Shown piece after piece: positions 34,843-35,968 of a stretch of 35,968 nt of DNA. The stretch is from an uncultured Dehalococcoidia bacterium (GTDB lineage: Bacteria; Chloroflexota; Dehalococcoidia; Bin125): the NCBI GenBank assembly GCA_964655365.1, contig CAZZMQ010000005.1, positions 1-35,968 of the forward strand. The letters run 5' to 3'. The notes under the pieces are model-generated. The model did not search any database. It had not been told where the DNA came from and worked only from the letters and a program-made list of their open reading frames with translations. Within the stretch, counting starts at the first letter, position 1; every line of letters begins with the position of its first letter. A program made the translations under genes and the position numbers.

Positions 34843-35968
34843 TTAGCCCCGGGATTTTTCCTCGATCGCGTCCGAGTTGGGCGAGCTGAAAACCGCGACA
34901 TTGGCGATGCCGTGTGGAGAGTCGCCCTCCATGCCCAGGTCGTCCTGTTCCAGGGCCAATTTGTCCATCTCAAGCTGCACCGGAACAGGGTAGTCGCCAG
35001 TGAAACACGCCTCGCAGTGTGTCTCCTTGCCGCTCACGGCCCGTCGCAATCCGTCGATGGAGAGGTATGCCAGGCTATCGGCGCCGATGTGTTGCCGCAC
35101 TTCTTCGACCGTGTGATGCGATGCAATCAACTCGCCACGCGTAGCCATGTCAACTCCGAAAAAACAGGCGTGTCGAATGGGGGGGGCCGTGATCCGCACA
35201 TGGACCTCTTCCGCCCCCGCTGCGTGCAGTAGCTGCACGATACGGGGCGTCGTCGTGCCACGCACGATCGAGTCGTCCACCACAATCAGCCGCTTGCCGT
35301 TGATCACCTCGGCCAAGGGGTTGAACTTCAGCCCAACACCGCGTTCCCGCAGCAGCTGGTCAGGCTGGATGAAGGTACGACCAACATAGCGATTGCGAAC
35401 CAGACCCTCGGCGTACGGCACACCTGACTCCTGGGCATAGCCCACCGCGTGTGCGGTAGCGGAGTCGGGCACCCCAATGACGAGGTCAGCGTCGACGTGA
35501 GACTCGCGCGCCAACTCCGCCCCCATCGCCATTCGCGCCGTGTAGGCAAGCTGCCCGTCAAGCTTCGAATCCGGCCTCGCAATGTAGATCTGCTCGAAGA
35601 TACAACCGGCCGGTTCGGCGGGAATCACAACCTGCTCCGCCTTAAGCCCTTGCTCGTCGATCGTGATCAGTTCGCCAGGCTCGACGTAGCGCACGAATTC
35701 AGCACCTATGTGATCGAGAGCACAAGTCTCAGATGCCACAACGTAGGAATCATCGATCTGGCCGATGCAGAGTGGTCGCACACCGAGCGGGTCACGAGCG
35801 GCCATGACCGAGGTGGGGGTCAGCAGAGTCAGGGAGTAGGCACCACTGAAGCGACGCATCATTACGGCGAATCGCTCGGCCCAGGTCCCATCCAATGAGA
35901 GCAAGTATTTGCCGATGATCTCGGTATCGGTCGAAGTCTCGAAGTGATGCCCCTCAGATTCCAGATTC
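34843..35968 (-). CDS. purF: Amidophosphoribosyltransferase, 5'-truncated by the window edge
   Basis: RDPLGVRPL, CIFEQIYIARPDS, NRYVGRTFIQP, VDDSIVRGTT and CEACFTGDYP. The frame is open to the right edge (…STDTEIIG…). Confidence 0.97.
   Translation of the reverse strand, partial: NLESEGHHFETSTDTEIIGKYLLSLDGTWAERFAVMMRRFSGAYSLTLLTPTSVMAARDPLGVRPLCIGQIDDSYVVASETCALDHIGAEFVRYVEPGELITIDEQGLKAEQVVIPAEPAGCIFEQIYIARPDSKLDGQLAYTARMAMGAELARESHVDADLVIGVPDSATAHAVGYAQESGVPYAEGLVRNRYVGRTFIQPDQLLRERGVGLKFNPLAEVINGKRLIVVDDSIVRGTTTPRIVQLLHAAGAEEVHVRITAPPIRHACFFGVDMATRGELIASHHTVEEVRQHIGADSLAYLSIDGLRRAVSGKETHCEACFTGDYPVPVQLEMDKLALEQDDLGMEGDSPHGIANVAVFSSPNSDAIEEKSRG

Noticed and set aside
206-35898. Many + strand and alternate-frame ORFs in the track (for example 6498-7394, 11779-12570, 15244-16596, 19840-20532)
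   Set aside because: They are shadows of well-supported minus-strand genes in GC-rich DNA and carry no family motifs.
1-35968. CRISPR arrays, tRNA/rRNA genes, inteins, transposases
   Set aside because: Reading by eye, I saw no regularly spaced direct repeats, cloverleaf signatures, intein insertions in DnaB, or transposase motifs. A covariance-model scan would be needed to exclude small RNAs.

Overview
A GC-rich bacterial core-genome window, almost entirely coded on the minus strand. Gene content and order suggest Chloroflexota, probably class Dehalococcoidia (inference from the rplI-dnaB-DnaD-tandem DnaC block, the split cytochrome b6/subunit IV complex and the MshA-like cluster; not verified). 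Read in transcription order, from the right end: purF (partial)-purM; a small membrane ORF plus cytochrome b6, subunit IV, Rieske protein and cytochrome c; two tandem desulforedoxin-like microproteins, yqeY and a 7TM-HDIG hydrolase; purQ-purL; rplI-dnaB-DnaD-tandem AAA+ helicase loader; a moaD-moaE fusion (the only credible + strand gene); a PfkB-like protein, a CofC-like protein, glyA, rpsF-ssb-rpsR; hom, a coiled-coil protein, thrC, a DAG kinase-like protein, folE, a GNAT, an MshA-like glycosyltransferase, a PIG-L deacetylase and ccsA; and the str operon rpsL-rpsG-fusA-tuf (partial). I found no tRNA, rRNA, CRISPR array or mobile element. The best leads are: (1) an MshA/MshB-like pair linked to a CelD/BcsL-type GNAT with no MshC in the window, a possible variant small-thiol or glycoconjugate pathway; (2) a tandem helicase loader with one degenerate and one intact ATPase copy; (3) a 39-aa single-TM ORF missing from the ORF track at the head of the b6c operon; (4) the microprotein pair; (5) two unassigned structured intergenic leaders; (6) a Zn-free S18 with long disordered arms; (7) a PfkB protein with altered catalytic motifs.
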